A stretch of DNA of 64,000 nucleotides from Microbotryum violaceum (taxonomy: Eukaryota), in the NCBI GenBank assembly GCA_001244265.2, contig CDLV01000020.1, forward strand, positions 248,001 to 312,000. The letters are read 5' to 3'. Position numbers and translations under genes: made by a program. The notes under the pieces are model-generated. The model was not told the DNA's origin. It did not search any database and saw only the letters and a list, made by a program, of their open reading frames with translations. The first letter of the stretch is position 1. The number at the start of each line of letters is the position of its first letter. This document shows positions 1 to 11,708 of the stretch, in pieces.

Positions 1-1231
1 AAGCGCCTGCCATCCGTCAGAGGCAGTTCGCACCACCGAGTCCTGTTTTGAGGGGCGGCCGATCAGAGTTGCCGAGATTCAGAATAGATGTCGAACAAGT
101 CAAGAAACGTAGAGTGTGCCGTGTCAGCTTGTCCGTGGAGCGAGACTTTGTGCTCAGCTCTTGTACTAACAACAAGCAACGAGTGAAGTGCCCATGCGAT
201 ACCACGACGACATCCCCTTTGCCCGAGCGATGCTCCTCATTCGACTCGTGATGGTCTCTGACAGATATGACATTGCATTCCAATGGTTTGTCAGCATGCG
301 TGAGAGCATTTGCACAGGTTCCAATGCATTTTGGAGTCAGGGGACTCACCTTGTCATGTTGACAATCTTTGCAATCACTCGGTCGCACCGAGCCGTCATT
401 TCTTCGGCCGACTCGCCTCCCTCGCACCCATCGACCCACTGCGCCAATTGAAAACACGGGTTGAGCAAGGCAATCATAACAAACCGTGGTCCGATCGACG
501 TGCTCTTCCCCCGCGGAACCGCGGAAGCCATCGAGCGAGAACAAGCAATAGTCGAGAGCCGACGTACGATGTCCCAGTCCTCCTTGTACCGCTCGCGAAT
601 CTCCTTGCTGACCAAGCCTTCGTACTTGCCATAGTCCCATTCTTGAACGTCTGTGCGAATGTAAGCAAATAGACGATCGTCACTCGTGTCCCAGCTCAAG
701 CACACTGCTCAGAGGACCAGGTGGAGTCCAAGTCTGGGCGTCTGGGGTCTCGGAGAACTCGAACGAACCCTGCTCGGTCTCGGACTTGGGCACGTCGGCC
801 TCGTCCAGATTCTCGCGAAACAATAGGCTGAACGTGGTCTGGGCCCTTTGACGAGGCGAAACCAACACGCCTTGGATGTGATCCGGGTCGAGCATTTTGC
901 CCTTGCCGACGATGCGCTGACCGAGCGAGCGCACGAGCTCTTCCCCGTTCGAGGTGAGCGGGATGTCGGTCTTGCCCGTCTGTCACGTCGCAAGTGAGAG
1001 GTAGCATCGCAGTGTGAGTGATGATGATTCGATACTATCGGAAATGCAAGCGCGGGGTGTTGTGAGAGCTCACGTGTCGTCCGTTGAGGCTCCACTCGGT
1101 CTCGCCTGTATAGAGACCAGCCCAGTCCGATGTGGTGAACCACGATGCCTCATTCGGTCAGCGGTGTCCATCGCGTAGGACTACGACCTTGAGATGCACT
1201 CACCATGTCGGATCAGAATCAAGCGGGGCAT
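1..1231 (-). CDS. Histidine phosphatase / phosphoglycerate mutase family protein (SHB17-like), multi-exon, runs off the left edge
   Basis: Spliced reading MPRLILIRHG|ETEWSLNGRH|TGKTDIPLT...VSPRQRAQTT...EWDYGKYEG...GGESAEEMTARCDRVI...VVVVSHGHFTR; ATG at 1231, GTGAGT donor inside the RHG codons. Confidence 0.88.
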
Positions 1232-1952
1232 CGTAGGGTGACCGTGTTTGCCCATGCTGTCGATGCTTTGGTGTCTGGAGATGTACGAGTTGACGGGGTG
1301 GAAGGGTTGGGAGGAGAAAGAGTGTACTCCCGGTCAGCTCGCGCTGGTCCGAGTCGCCCGGCACAGCTCGTCGCCCAAAGAGGCACAAATCGGACTGCCG
1401 AAAAGTGGGGGCGGGATCTTTGCCAATATAGGAAGCCAGTGCACTAAATGCCCGGTGCCATAAGCTCGACTCAAGCAGCTCGTCTGTAGCAGCTTCGAGA
1501 TTTTATGCCGTATTTGGGGTCTCTAGTTTCGTTCCTCACGAGTATGTTCTGCTCATGTGACATGAGTGATGTCTGCAGACAGTCGTGCCTCGGTACTACT
1601 ACGTACTGATTTTAGAGTCCGCCTAGCTAGTGGCATGGACGTTTGGTCTCGAGTGAGCAAAATTAGTCGATGCCAACATCGAGAGACTAACGACTCTATA
1701 CCAATCCTTCCATATGTCTCCGGACTATTCAAGACAGCCCCGACTCGAGAGCAAACCGGGCCCATGCCCGTCGCCCGAAGGCATGCACTACGAGACCGAG
1801 TTGGCGACCTTGCGGCAACTTGAGAACGTTGAAGAGCATCACGTACGCACCTCGGCCCCTTCGTCTGATAGGGGGGATCGCATGTGAAATTCCCTATAGA
1901 CCACACTCGCATCGCGCCCGTGAAAACCTGATTTTAAGCAGAGTTCACTCTA

Positions 1953-1983
1953 CTAGTAGCTGAGGCCCCGTCCCGGCCGGGGC
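1953..1983 (-). mobile_element. Putative Helitron 3' terminus (hairpin + CTAG|T)
   Basis: Minus strand reads GCCCCG-gccggga-CGGGGC, 8 nt, then CTAG followed by T. Confidence 0.45.
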
Positions 1984-2724
1984 GGTCAAGAGGACGGCAG
2001 TGTGTGCAGTCCAACTGTGATTTGTTGAGAGTTGTTGCGATGGGTCCCGGGCCCTATCAAAAATACTACTCAAGCTGCCATGCGATGCGATGCCACTTTG
2101 ACTTGTCAGAGTGTCAATTGCTTCTGCGGCGCTGCGCCAGGGCCCAGGCGCCCATGACCTTCACGGTCACGTGCAACGGGCGATTGATGTCCTGATTTGT
2201 TGAAGTCGCGACCAACAGCCAGTCGCGTCCCAACGTGCCGCGCGTATTTAATTCTCTGCTGCAACATCGCGAGCGGCAGCCATACATCAACACTAGACCC
2301 TCCCCACAGGATGATTCGCCGTTTCGTTTCTGGAAAGCTCAGACCACGCAAGCTGAGGCCGCAAGACATGGAGGGTCACCCCAACGCGTCGCGTGTTCTA
2401 GCGTCGACCAAGCTCACGGTCTACGGTCCCTATGGTCGAGTGGACACCAATTGAACAAGACGCGCCGAAGCAGCAGCTTTATCGTCTTCGAGGTCGTCGA
2501 ATTCGGAACAGACTCCCACTCCCCTAGTCTCACTCTTACCGGACCTGGCATCCGCAACCGCTGCCGCTGCCGCTGCGTTCGAGCATGGCGATGACTTTGG
2601 CGCAGGAGAACGCTCAGACCTCGACGGTAGAGCCACGTACGAAGTTGATGCTGGCTTAAAACAAGACCCTCGCCACGACGCACCTCCTCTTATCCTCGAA
2701 CCCTGCTCAATATATGCCTATCAA

Positions 2725-3600
2725 TCACAAGACGTATCGCAGATGACGCTGGACCAGCTCAGGAACGAGCTCCCCCCCATCGTCACCCCCACTCATACCC
2801 GTAAAGAAGTGGACAAGATGTACCTCTCGTTCCTTACCCGTGAGGCGGCACTCCGCAAGCACGAACGACCTCGGCTCTGGATGCAGTAAATGTCGTTTGT
2901 GACGCGCCCAAATTCGCATCTCAAGCCGCGCATCGTCGAGGTCGAGAACGGATTCAGGATCGCTGACGAGGTGGCCTCGCCACCGTGCGACTGCAAAGGC
3001 ACACATGTCCTTTCCATTCTGGTCCATGGCACCACCAGTCGTATGTACTTCCGAGTCCTTCTGTCAGTTTTCTATGCTGGCCGAAAGAGATAGTTCGTTC
3101 ACCTGTGTCTCCATTGGCTCCATTCGGCACAGGTTTTCCCCTCGAGGTCTCTTTTTGTCCTCGATCCAACAGCGGCGATCCGTGCATCACGTACGCCGAA
3201 CGACTGGCCCAGATTGGCCTTATGGGTGCAAATGCTTCGAGACTGCTCTCCGCTTTCACGTTTCAAGTTCTACAGATGGTCGAGTCTTGCTGCGTTGCTG
3301 ATCCCTTGTCCGGTGCTGGGATAGTCCGAGGAATGAATGATTATTATGAGCGTTGCGGGTGGGTGTATTCAGACGAACTGTCGTTTCCTCACTTTGTAAG
3401 TCGATCTCAATTGCAGGGCGATACATGAGTCTTTTGTGAACCGGTGCTAACCTGTTCCACTTGCGTGCACACCTCTCCAGGATCGCGAGCCTGGAAGACA
3501 ATGGCAACGAGCACTCGACGAGTTCCGAGCACTCGCCGCACACCCGATCGATTCCGACGATCGCCTGTTCAACATCAAGAATTCATTCTCCGAAAAGTCT
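2725..3600 (-). pseudogene. Hypothetical multi-exon or decayed ORF of unknown family
   Basis: Protein-like segments (DVEQAIVGIDRVCGECSEL..., MKAESSLEAFAP..., MCAFAVARWRGHL...HLVHFFTG) separated by intron-like sequence and stops; no recognised motif. Confidence 0.25.
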
Positions 3601-4270
3601 CCGGCACGCTTCGGACCAACGCATTCAAATTTGCCAAACCAGGCACCTACACTTGATTATTTGTCCACTGCGCCTTAACGTCGAACGCGCGGTTCCACAA
3701 GGGTTTAGGTGATACCATGATGGCAAGCCGGTTCAGGGCAGAGTACTTGACGGATGCATCCCAATGAACAGGCTGCCCCAAATCACGGCCTCACATCCCA
3801 TCTCATACCTTGGGTAGGCGTAGCGTGCTGTTGAACCTACCCGAGGCTCTTATTACGTGTTCAAGATAAAGTGACCGTCGTTGATGGCCGGCATGAGGCT
3901 CAGCAGTCGGGACTTGTTCCAACTCGCGCAGACATCGAGCTATCTCATATCAGCGGTCCGAAGAGACCATTTGTATGTATGCAGGGAACGACTCTTCCTC
4001 CTCGTAGCACACAAGCTAGCGTTTTGCATTGACTCTCCTGACCGGTGACTCACCAATGCACTGCTCTCCCGAGCTTGTACGGCCACCATCAGTCCCGACA
4101 GTCGTAATGCGGAACGAAGTGTAGTGCCATGGCATCCTCTGCGAAATGGCAACTATTCCCTACGCTTGGTTCGAGAAGATGAGCGAACGAGCGAGCTGAT
4201 GGCATGCTGAAGCGGATGCGAATAATACCATTACAAAGACGTGGGAAACGATTTCGAAGTCACAGCCTCT

Positions 4271-5687
4271 TCAGGCTGTCGGCGTCGGCCCACCCAAAAA
4301 CGCTTCCATCCCTTGCACGATCCCATCGAACTGATCGTAGTCGACCAACATCGCCAAGCCTTTTGTCTCGACGCCAAAGGGATCGTCCCCTTCCCGATTA
4401 GGAGCGGTCGAGTAGGCGAACGTTTGCGAATACAACGAAGACTGCAGTGAGGAGAAGGCTTTTCAGCTCAGCCCACGTACATCATCACTCGCGACCCCAC
4501 GGCGCCAAGGGTTTAAGACGACTCACATTCTTGATCATCTCGTCCTCGGCATGGTACATCCATTCCTCGACGACCCTCGTCTCGGATCCGCCCGGCCCGG
4601 TCCTTGCCTTTTTCCCTGTCCCAGCCACAGTATTCCCCTTCTTGTTCTTCTTCCCTCCCTTGGCATTGCCAGCGCCCGTTATACCCGCCGCCGATGATCC
4701 ATTCGCGTCTGAGGTGTTGATGTTGGCGTTGGGGTCTTGCTCGAATTGCTCGGCGGAGGAGAGAAAGACGCGCGAGAGGAACAAGAGGTGTGAAAAGTGA
4801 TACGGCTCTTTCTACGAAGATTTCACACACTTCAGAGGTTAAGCCGTTTGGACTTGACGGGCGTGATGAGCGTGATACGTGTAGGACTCACGTCATCTCG
4901 AGCCCATTGCAACTCCTCTTGCAACATCCTGTACATCGGCGGTACGACCTGGGCCGGCATGTTGACCAATCGCTCCGAGATGACGAGTCCAACGTTGCTC
5001 CGTGTCGTCGCCGTGGACGATTCGACCGAGTTACTCAGAACGGAATCGAGAGTTTTGGCAAATTCCGGATTTGCGGTGGAGAGTTTGGATCCGAGGTACT
5101 TGATCAAGGAGGCAATGGAAGGGTCCGACTGCAAAGTGAGGGCATGCTCGGTTTGGTTCAGCTTCGTTCGCTCACCCATGGCCGGTGATTGCCTGAAGGA
5201 GGCAGTCCAGAATTGCGGTAAAAAAAACCTCACCTTGTGAAGGTTCAGGTTGAGCACGCTCAAGACGGCGTAAGGATCGGCTCCGCTGCCATCGGTCTTG
5301 ACCGTGGACCCGACAAGCTTTTGCTCGAGCACGAGATTGGCAATCGAGCCAATGTCGATCAGCGGTGCGTCATGGGATAGCAGTTGGGTCAAGAGCAGTT
5401 TGATCGAGTGGTAGTCCTGAGGTTGCGGATCGAAAAAGTCGAACGACACGTCCAACATCTAATTCATCACCGCAGAGACGCGAAGGTCAGTCATCCACTG
5501 GTCTGGCGCAAAGCCGTAGGAGGAGGTGGGGAGTGCGTACCTCTGTGTCTGTCCCGTCATCTACACTATCGCTGTCACTCTCATCGTGCTGTGTCTTGCG
5601 CTTGGAGCCCTTGCTGGCTTTGGCATCACCATCGACCGCCATCGAGGACGACGAAGCGGATGACGAGCGACGAGCGTGAGGTGCCAT
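4271..5687 (-). CDS. BCP1: Protein BCP1 (BCCIP/p21-C-terminal-binding family; 60S biogenesis), multi-exon
   Basis: LDVSFDFFDPQPQDYHSIKLLLTQL, VGSTVKTDG, VGLVISERLVNMPAQVVPPMYRMLQEE, YHAEDE; ATG 5687, TGA at 4273-4271. Confidence 0.92.
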
Positions 5688-6718
5688 GACTACCAGAAAA
5701 AGTGGTACAGTATTCGCAGTTTTGTCAGTGGGAGCTTGTACAATCGCATACTTCAGTAACAACTCACGTTGCTAGGCTAGGTGTGAGTTGAGAAACAGAG
5801 GTGATCGTACGAAGGTGAAGCTAAGCTGAGCGGTGCTTGCGAGAGATTTTGAGCTTGGACCTCTCTCCCGGGGTTGGATAAAAAACCCGCAATTATGATT
5901 TCCGAGCCTTTAGTACGCCGTCAACGCCGTTTTACTTTGCACCTGTCGCTGACCGGTTTGTGAGGCAGCGCGCTACTCCCCCATTGATGCCTCGTCGCTT
6001 GAGCTTGGACGAATCGTGCTCTTTGGGTCAGCCGAAGCGCTCCGTTTCGTGCTCGCGCTTCCGATCGTGCCACGGTCCGCTTCTGCTGGTGTGGTTCTTG
6101 CAATGCATGTCAACCGTCAGGGTAACTTCAAATCGTGTGCGCAACCCGGACAGATCCATGGAGTCTCTCGTCAAATGGATCGAGCTTGGGTGCTTAGAAA
6201 TACTTACTTGGACGACTCGCTCGTGGCAAAATTGCCCGCGACTCACTACTCAGATCCTCTTGTCGGGAGATCCAAAACGCTTCACCTGCGTATGGCTTTC
6301 CGTCGCGTGGCCTAGTAGTCATAGCGAGAACGGCACTACACGTTCGAAACAGCCATCACTCGACCAAAGCAGAATGTTAACTCATACGGTAGTGCTGCGT
6401 CAAGCAAATCAAATGAACAACCGATCTCACCTTAAAGCGCCCAGCGCGGAACGACTGGTCACAGGCTTGCGGGTCCGTGCGAGGACGCGCGACCCAGCCG
6501 GGCGTGACAGGGCGCGACGGACTGCGACGGACTGCGATGGCGGAAGGCGACCTGCATCCCTTCCTTTGACCAGCCACTGCAGTAAATCTCCGCGCTTCCC
6601 CCATCCAAGGTCTGCATCAACAGTGAGTCAGAATGCCCTCCTACTGTTCGTTCCGCGTGGTCTGGCTGTTCAGTGTTGAAACGTTGACCCATGGACTGGA
6701 CCCCGTGCACAATCGCAG

Positions 6719-8806
6719 GCCGCCAAGCCCCCACCCAACGCGCCCTGCCAGCGTCGGCGCAGGCCTCACCGACGCCTTAACTCCTCGCGAAAATGGACAA
6801 AGCTCGATGTTCAAAAGCGATGAACAAATCCTTTCTCGACACGCCGTCCAAGTACGAGGCCAAGGTCCCCAAGCCGACCCAAAAACTGGGGACGGAGGCT
6901 GCGATGAAAGAGATGGCTGACGCGATCAAGGATTTGGTGAGTGCCCCGGTGCTCTCGCTTGGCTTCGACCATACGAGTATGACTGACTACTGTCTCTCGA
7001 TGATCGATGCACCCGGGTGTAGACTGGCGATTGACGTCTGGTCGGATGCGGCAACTTGGGTAGCTACATCGAGCTCGCGCCTGATCGCCAGGGGCAGGAG
7101 AAGACGCCCGACGCCGTCATTCTCACGCATGCGGCGGTGGCCGCTGCCCCCGATCTTCCGTTGGTTTGGGCGCAGTTAGAGCACCCAACGTCGATGGAAG
7201 GCACGCCCCCGTTGCCTCAAGCATACTCACAAATTGCAGTGGTGATTGAGGTGAAAAAGAGCGACACGAAGAGCGCAGAAGCGCGTAACCAAGTGCTTAG
7301 GCAGCTAGCTACACATGATCTGCACGACCGCGCTCCGCGCCCACGCGATCGGGGTTACCCTTTGCGGGGACTTGCTTCAAGTCTACCTCGTCAACGCGTG
7401 TGGGGTGTTCACGACGACCCCCCGCAAGTGCGGTCAGGAAGCCGTGCTGCTCCGGCGCGTGCTGTCACACCTCATCGAACTCGACGACGACGGGATCGGG
7501 ATGCTGGCCTCGACGAACGAGTTCGACGATATTTACGGCAATTTTGTCGTCTCGGACAAGTTTCTCCCACCCCGCGCCCACGACTTCGAGTCCGAGCTCG
7601 GCGATATCTCAGATCTCGAGATCCAGGAGCTCATCTTCCGACGCCGAAGCTGCTCGGGTCGTGCAACCTCTGCTTTCCGCGTTACCGCAAGACACGCGCC
7701 TGTCGACCCCACGTCGATCAGCTTGCCTACATCTGTCACCGAGTACGCCATGACAGTCGCATGGGTCGAATTTTTTTGCCTCGACGATGCGATTACCCTA
7801 CGTCGCAAGATGCACGCTGCGTCGCGTATCGACACCGAGGGTCTATGCCTTAGCGCCGGCATCTACCGGGACGACTTCCGCACGCTTCCGATCTTCTTCG
7901 GCGAGGATGAAAGCTTCGATGATATCCAGCCCCGTGCACTCGAGGTGGTCTTCCATCAACAGTATTATTGGCCCCTCAACACGGCGACCACGACCAAGGA
8001 AATCGCCCAGGCCGTACTTGGAGTCGTCAAAGGTGAGCACGGGGATCAACTGGGCGGCCTTACGTTTGCGGTGCCTAGCCGACACGCCCATTCCCATGAC
8101 AATGCAGGACACCGAAATCTCTACAAGCTGGGGTATATTCACCGCGATATTTCGAAGGATAACGTCGTCATCGACCGCGACGGTGTCGGCGTTCTTATCG
8201 ACTATCACGTCGCCGTCCCGCATAATCGACCTTGCACCGAGCTGCAACACAAAACACGATCCGTGGGTGGTCCCTTCTGTATGTTTCCCCGAATGAAGTT
8301 TCTGACAAGCACTGACCTTTGGACTATACGACGTCTTACAGGGCACCTGGCCCTACCTCGCCTGCTCGATCCTCGCCCAACCGAACGAGCCACTCGGTGT
8401 CGTCCACGAACGATGGCACGACATCGAGTCGCTCTTCTACGTCGTGATGGAAATCTCGTTTTGCGAGCCGTACAAGGGCAACGAGGAAGTCTTCGTGATG
8501 ACGCCAAAGGGTGAAACCATCTGGCGGTACTGGAACAGCCCAGAAGCGGACCTAGTCTATGCCCTCAAAGATAGGCTTCGCATGGACAAGGCCTACAGAT
8601 CTTTACTCGAAGGCTGCGCTCATCGTTTCACAGGCATCCAGCTACTCCTTGACATCTTGAGACGCAATTGCGGCCTCGACAGCCGGCTCCTTGGTCTCGA
8701 GGTGGCGATGGAAGAAGCCCAACTGGGGGAGTTGTGGGGTCCATCCAAGGCGATGTCGCACGAGTCCATCATCTCGGACATTGAGCAGCTGCTTCCCTTG
8801 CTCTGA
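6719..8806 (+). pseudogene. FunK1-type fungal protein kinase (Pkinase_fungal), copy 1; nonsense codon and frameshift
   Basis: TPDAV, VVIEVKK, GVTLCG, GRAT, GYIHRDISKDNV, GVLIDYH, GTWPY, HERWHDIESLFYV; in-frame TGA at 7032-7034 after the 6937-7022 intron; +4 duplication at 7308-7311. Confidence 0.85.
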
Positions 8807-8934
8807 AGTGACGAATTTTGCGTTGGGCTTAATATAGTTGATCGTTTTCAATTCTGGTTATTGCAATAGATACTCCAGGCTTTTTTTCGTTTGTTCCAGT
8901 ATAATTCCAACATGAACAGTCAACGTTAGAACTC

Positions 8935-10228
8935 TGCGATGTCTGCGCCGTCGGGTCCCAAGTCGAGTGTCGGTGGCCTCGGCCGGCTCGATGAGCCATG
9001 TCTGAGCAAAGGTTGGGCGTTGATTTACGTCAGGGATCATGGCGCCAAATCGATGGTAAAGTCGACCAAATACGCGAAACAAACACGCGAAGCACGCGGC
9101 GTCATAGAGTGCCCGGTGTTGCCCCAGTCGAGTCTGGTCAAAATGGGCAGCGAGCGAAGTGAATGACAGCGCGTTGTTGTACGACCGAGTATTCCCGCGG
9201 AATGTTTTAGCTTGTGTGTAGGTGGGTCGCACAGTTCAGCATGTGGGTCTACTGCAGACGAACGTTGTTGGACGGAGCAACTGACCGCTATCCGAGCCTT
9301 GAAGAAGCTGCCGATACTCGAGATTGGGCTGGGGAGGGGGAGGTAGCCGCACCTTGCCCTGCGAAAACGTGGGGCTTGAGGGGTTTGAGCGCGATTCGAG
9401 CCCGGCGCACTCGCCTTTGCGGAGGAGGTGGTGGTGGGGCGAGCCCAGCGTCGAGTTGGCCATCGCGCTGACCACGCTGTCCGTTCTGCACAGCTGCACG
9501 GCGGGCTCGTATACGTGTCGCAATGCCAAGATCGGTTGCATTGTTGTCATGACGCGCGGGGGGCTGATTCTGTTGATCGGAGCGGGACGAAGAGGAGGGT
9601 CGAGCCGCGGGGCGCCCAGCAGCGGGCGCTCGAGCTGGCCCATGGTACGGCGCTGCCGTCGGTTGTGACGACCTTGGGACCGGGGCATAGTGGCGAGGGC
9701 TTCTTCTTAAATGAGTGTCACTAAAATTGGATGAGAGTGGGAGGGAAAAAGAAAAGATTAGAGGGAGTGGCGCAGAACTATTCAAGTGGCTTGATTTGTT
9801 GTTCAGCCCCTAATGCCGCGGGCAAATGACACTGACACCGCCCGCGCGCCGCATCACGTGACAGATGCCAGCCCACCCCCCGCGCGTCAAGCGGAGCTCT
9901 GCTGTAGACTTAATACTATGCAAAGCCACCGGCTTTCCTCGGTTAAATGAAATATAGATGTAAGCACTGTTTTACGTGAACGAAAAAAGAAGGAAAAGAC
10001 TGGGCCGGTTGTAGGTTCGTTAGAACGGCGCGTAAATAACAAAGTCATCACAGAGCTTTTACATAACTTCTGATCGGAACATGGGCACCACAGTCAGGTG
10101 CGGCAGACAAAACGTTACGCTGGTACATTTACCACAGGCGGCCCACCTATTCAGAAACAGTGATTTTCTTAAATTATACATTTCTTGACTCAGCTTTTTC
10201 AATTTGTAGAAGTAGTAATAATTAGGGC
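8935..10228 (-). mobile_element. Helitron 5' fragment (leader plus start of RepHel), 3'-truncated
   Basis: Reverse-complement homology to ~31971-33270; QGKVRLPPPP, FRGNTRSYNNALSFTS, FRVFGRLYHRFG, PTFAQTW. Confidence 0.85.
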
Positions 10229-11023
10229 TCGAGGCTCTTGGGGGGCGCGACGATAACCTTGTCTACATGAAGGTCATTGCGAGCTCTGCCGCGGTGCACC
10301 GCCCGCACCTCCCGGACCGTGCGTGGGTGGGAAGAAAAGATCGGCGCGCGCACACGTCTGAAAACCTTATTTCATGGAGGCGTTTTGTCGTGCAAACCAT
10401 TATGCAGATCTAAATAGATAGAAAGATAGATTCCCAGCTCGCAGTTAAAAAAAGCTAAGCTACAAGGTGTCAAGTGATTGCTTTTCCAGCGCAATCTAAG
10501 GGCCCTCCGGTGAGAGGTCACGCCGAAGAGATTTGCAAATGGTCCCAGAATTTCGACTTTCACAAAGGCGCCTCGACGAGATTCAGGAGTTTGGGTCCTA
10601 AAACGGTCCAAACCGCGCATGCGCCTAGAAATGATTTCGGCCCAGCTGCAGAGTCGCTTTTGCCCCTCCTATGTCTCAATCGGATGCCAGGTTCTTGAGC
10701 GCGGAAAGGGAATTGCGACCTTCCTTGTGTGTATCTTTCGGTTTGTTTGGTTGTGTTGGGATGAGGAAGATTAATATGAGGAAGATGATTAATCTTCCTG
10801 GACGAGACCCTGGGATGATGCGTACACCCCAGGGACCGCGATTTGCAAAAACGCCAATATTTCCTTGGAATAGGACAGCACCTTATTCGGGACGGTGGGT
10901 GGGTCGAAAAGTTTCGCGAGTGTAGAGCAATAAGACTACCACGCGAGGCAGCGCGAGGCAGGCGAGCTGAGCAGAGTACAGTAGTTTGAGCTCGGGGGTC
11001 CATCACACATTATTTCTGTCTCC

Positions 11024-11644
11024 TTGCCGTATCTATCGAATACACACTATCTCATCTGGATCCTCGACTTCACGTATCTTCACACCTCCGACGGGGCTAA
11101 CCATGAAGACGAGCGCCGCCGCAAAGCGCGCAAGGCGGACGCTCGAGCCAAGGTAGATCCCGCGTGTCCTGGAAGCTTGGAGCCCAAGACTTTGCCTGAC
11201 GCTATCCAGTCCTCTTCAACATCGCAGCCCACTTCCTCTACGGAAGAACATGCGGACGGTCTCAATACTTTCCTGAAGACCTTGACGGAGATCGAGACAG
11301 GCCGCTTCGAGAATGAGAAGGAGGCTGCCAAGCACGCTCGCGTTGAGGCGAAGGCGAAGGTGAAAGGGAATTTGTTCTCGATGATCAAACTATGGGAAGA
11401 ACGACACATGAGTTATCAGGCATCTGGTGATTGGGATCGTGCTGAGAAGGCTAAGGAGCGATTGGCCCGCCTTAATGACCAGTTGTTTGACAAAGAAGAC
11501 GGGAGCGCCGAGGAACAGCCTCCCCCAATTCCGACCCCAACCCCATGGAATTCAAACCAAACCTGTTCCAGAACGAATTGTAGTAGTCGCGATAACAGCA
11601 TCCATCAAAAGTGGGAAAGTGAATGGCATCAAATGAGTTTATGA
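11024..11644 (+). CDS. Putative Harbinger ORF2 (charged, coiled-coil-like; possibly only the 3' exon)
   Basis: 206-aa open frame convergent with the transposase and ending about 65 bp from its stop; K/R/E-rich; no Myb/SANT motif recognised by eye. Confidence 0.45.
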   Translation: MPYLSNTHYLIWILDFTYLHTSDGANHEDERRRKARKADARAKVDPACPGSLEPKTLPDAIQSSSTSQPTSSTEEHADGLNTFLKTLTEIETGRFENEKEAAKHARVEAKAKVKGNLFSMIKLWEERHMSYQASGDWDRAEKAKERLARLNDQLFDKEDGSAEEQPPPIPTPTPWNSNQTCSRTNCSSRDNSIHQKWESEWHQMSL

Positions 11645-11708
11645 TCTACATATACAATTTACACGACATGGGATGTTTCTACGCGTCATTACACCTCGCA
11701 ATATGATT

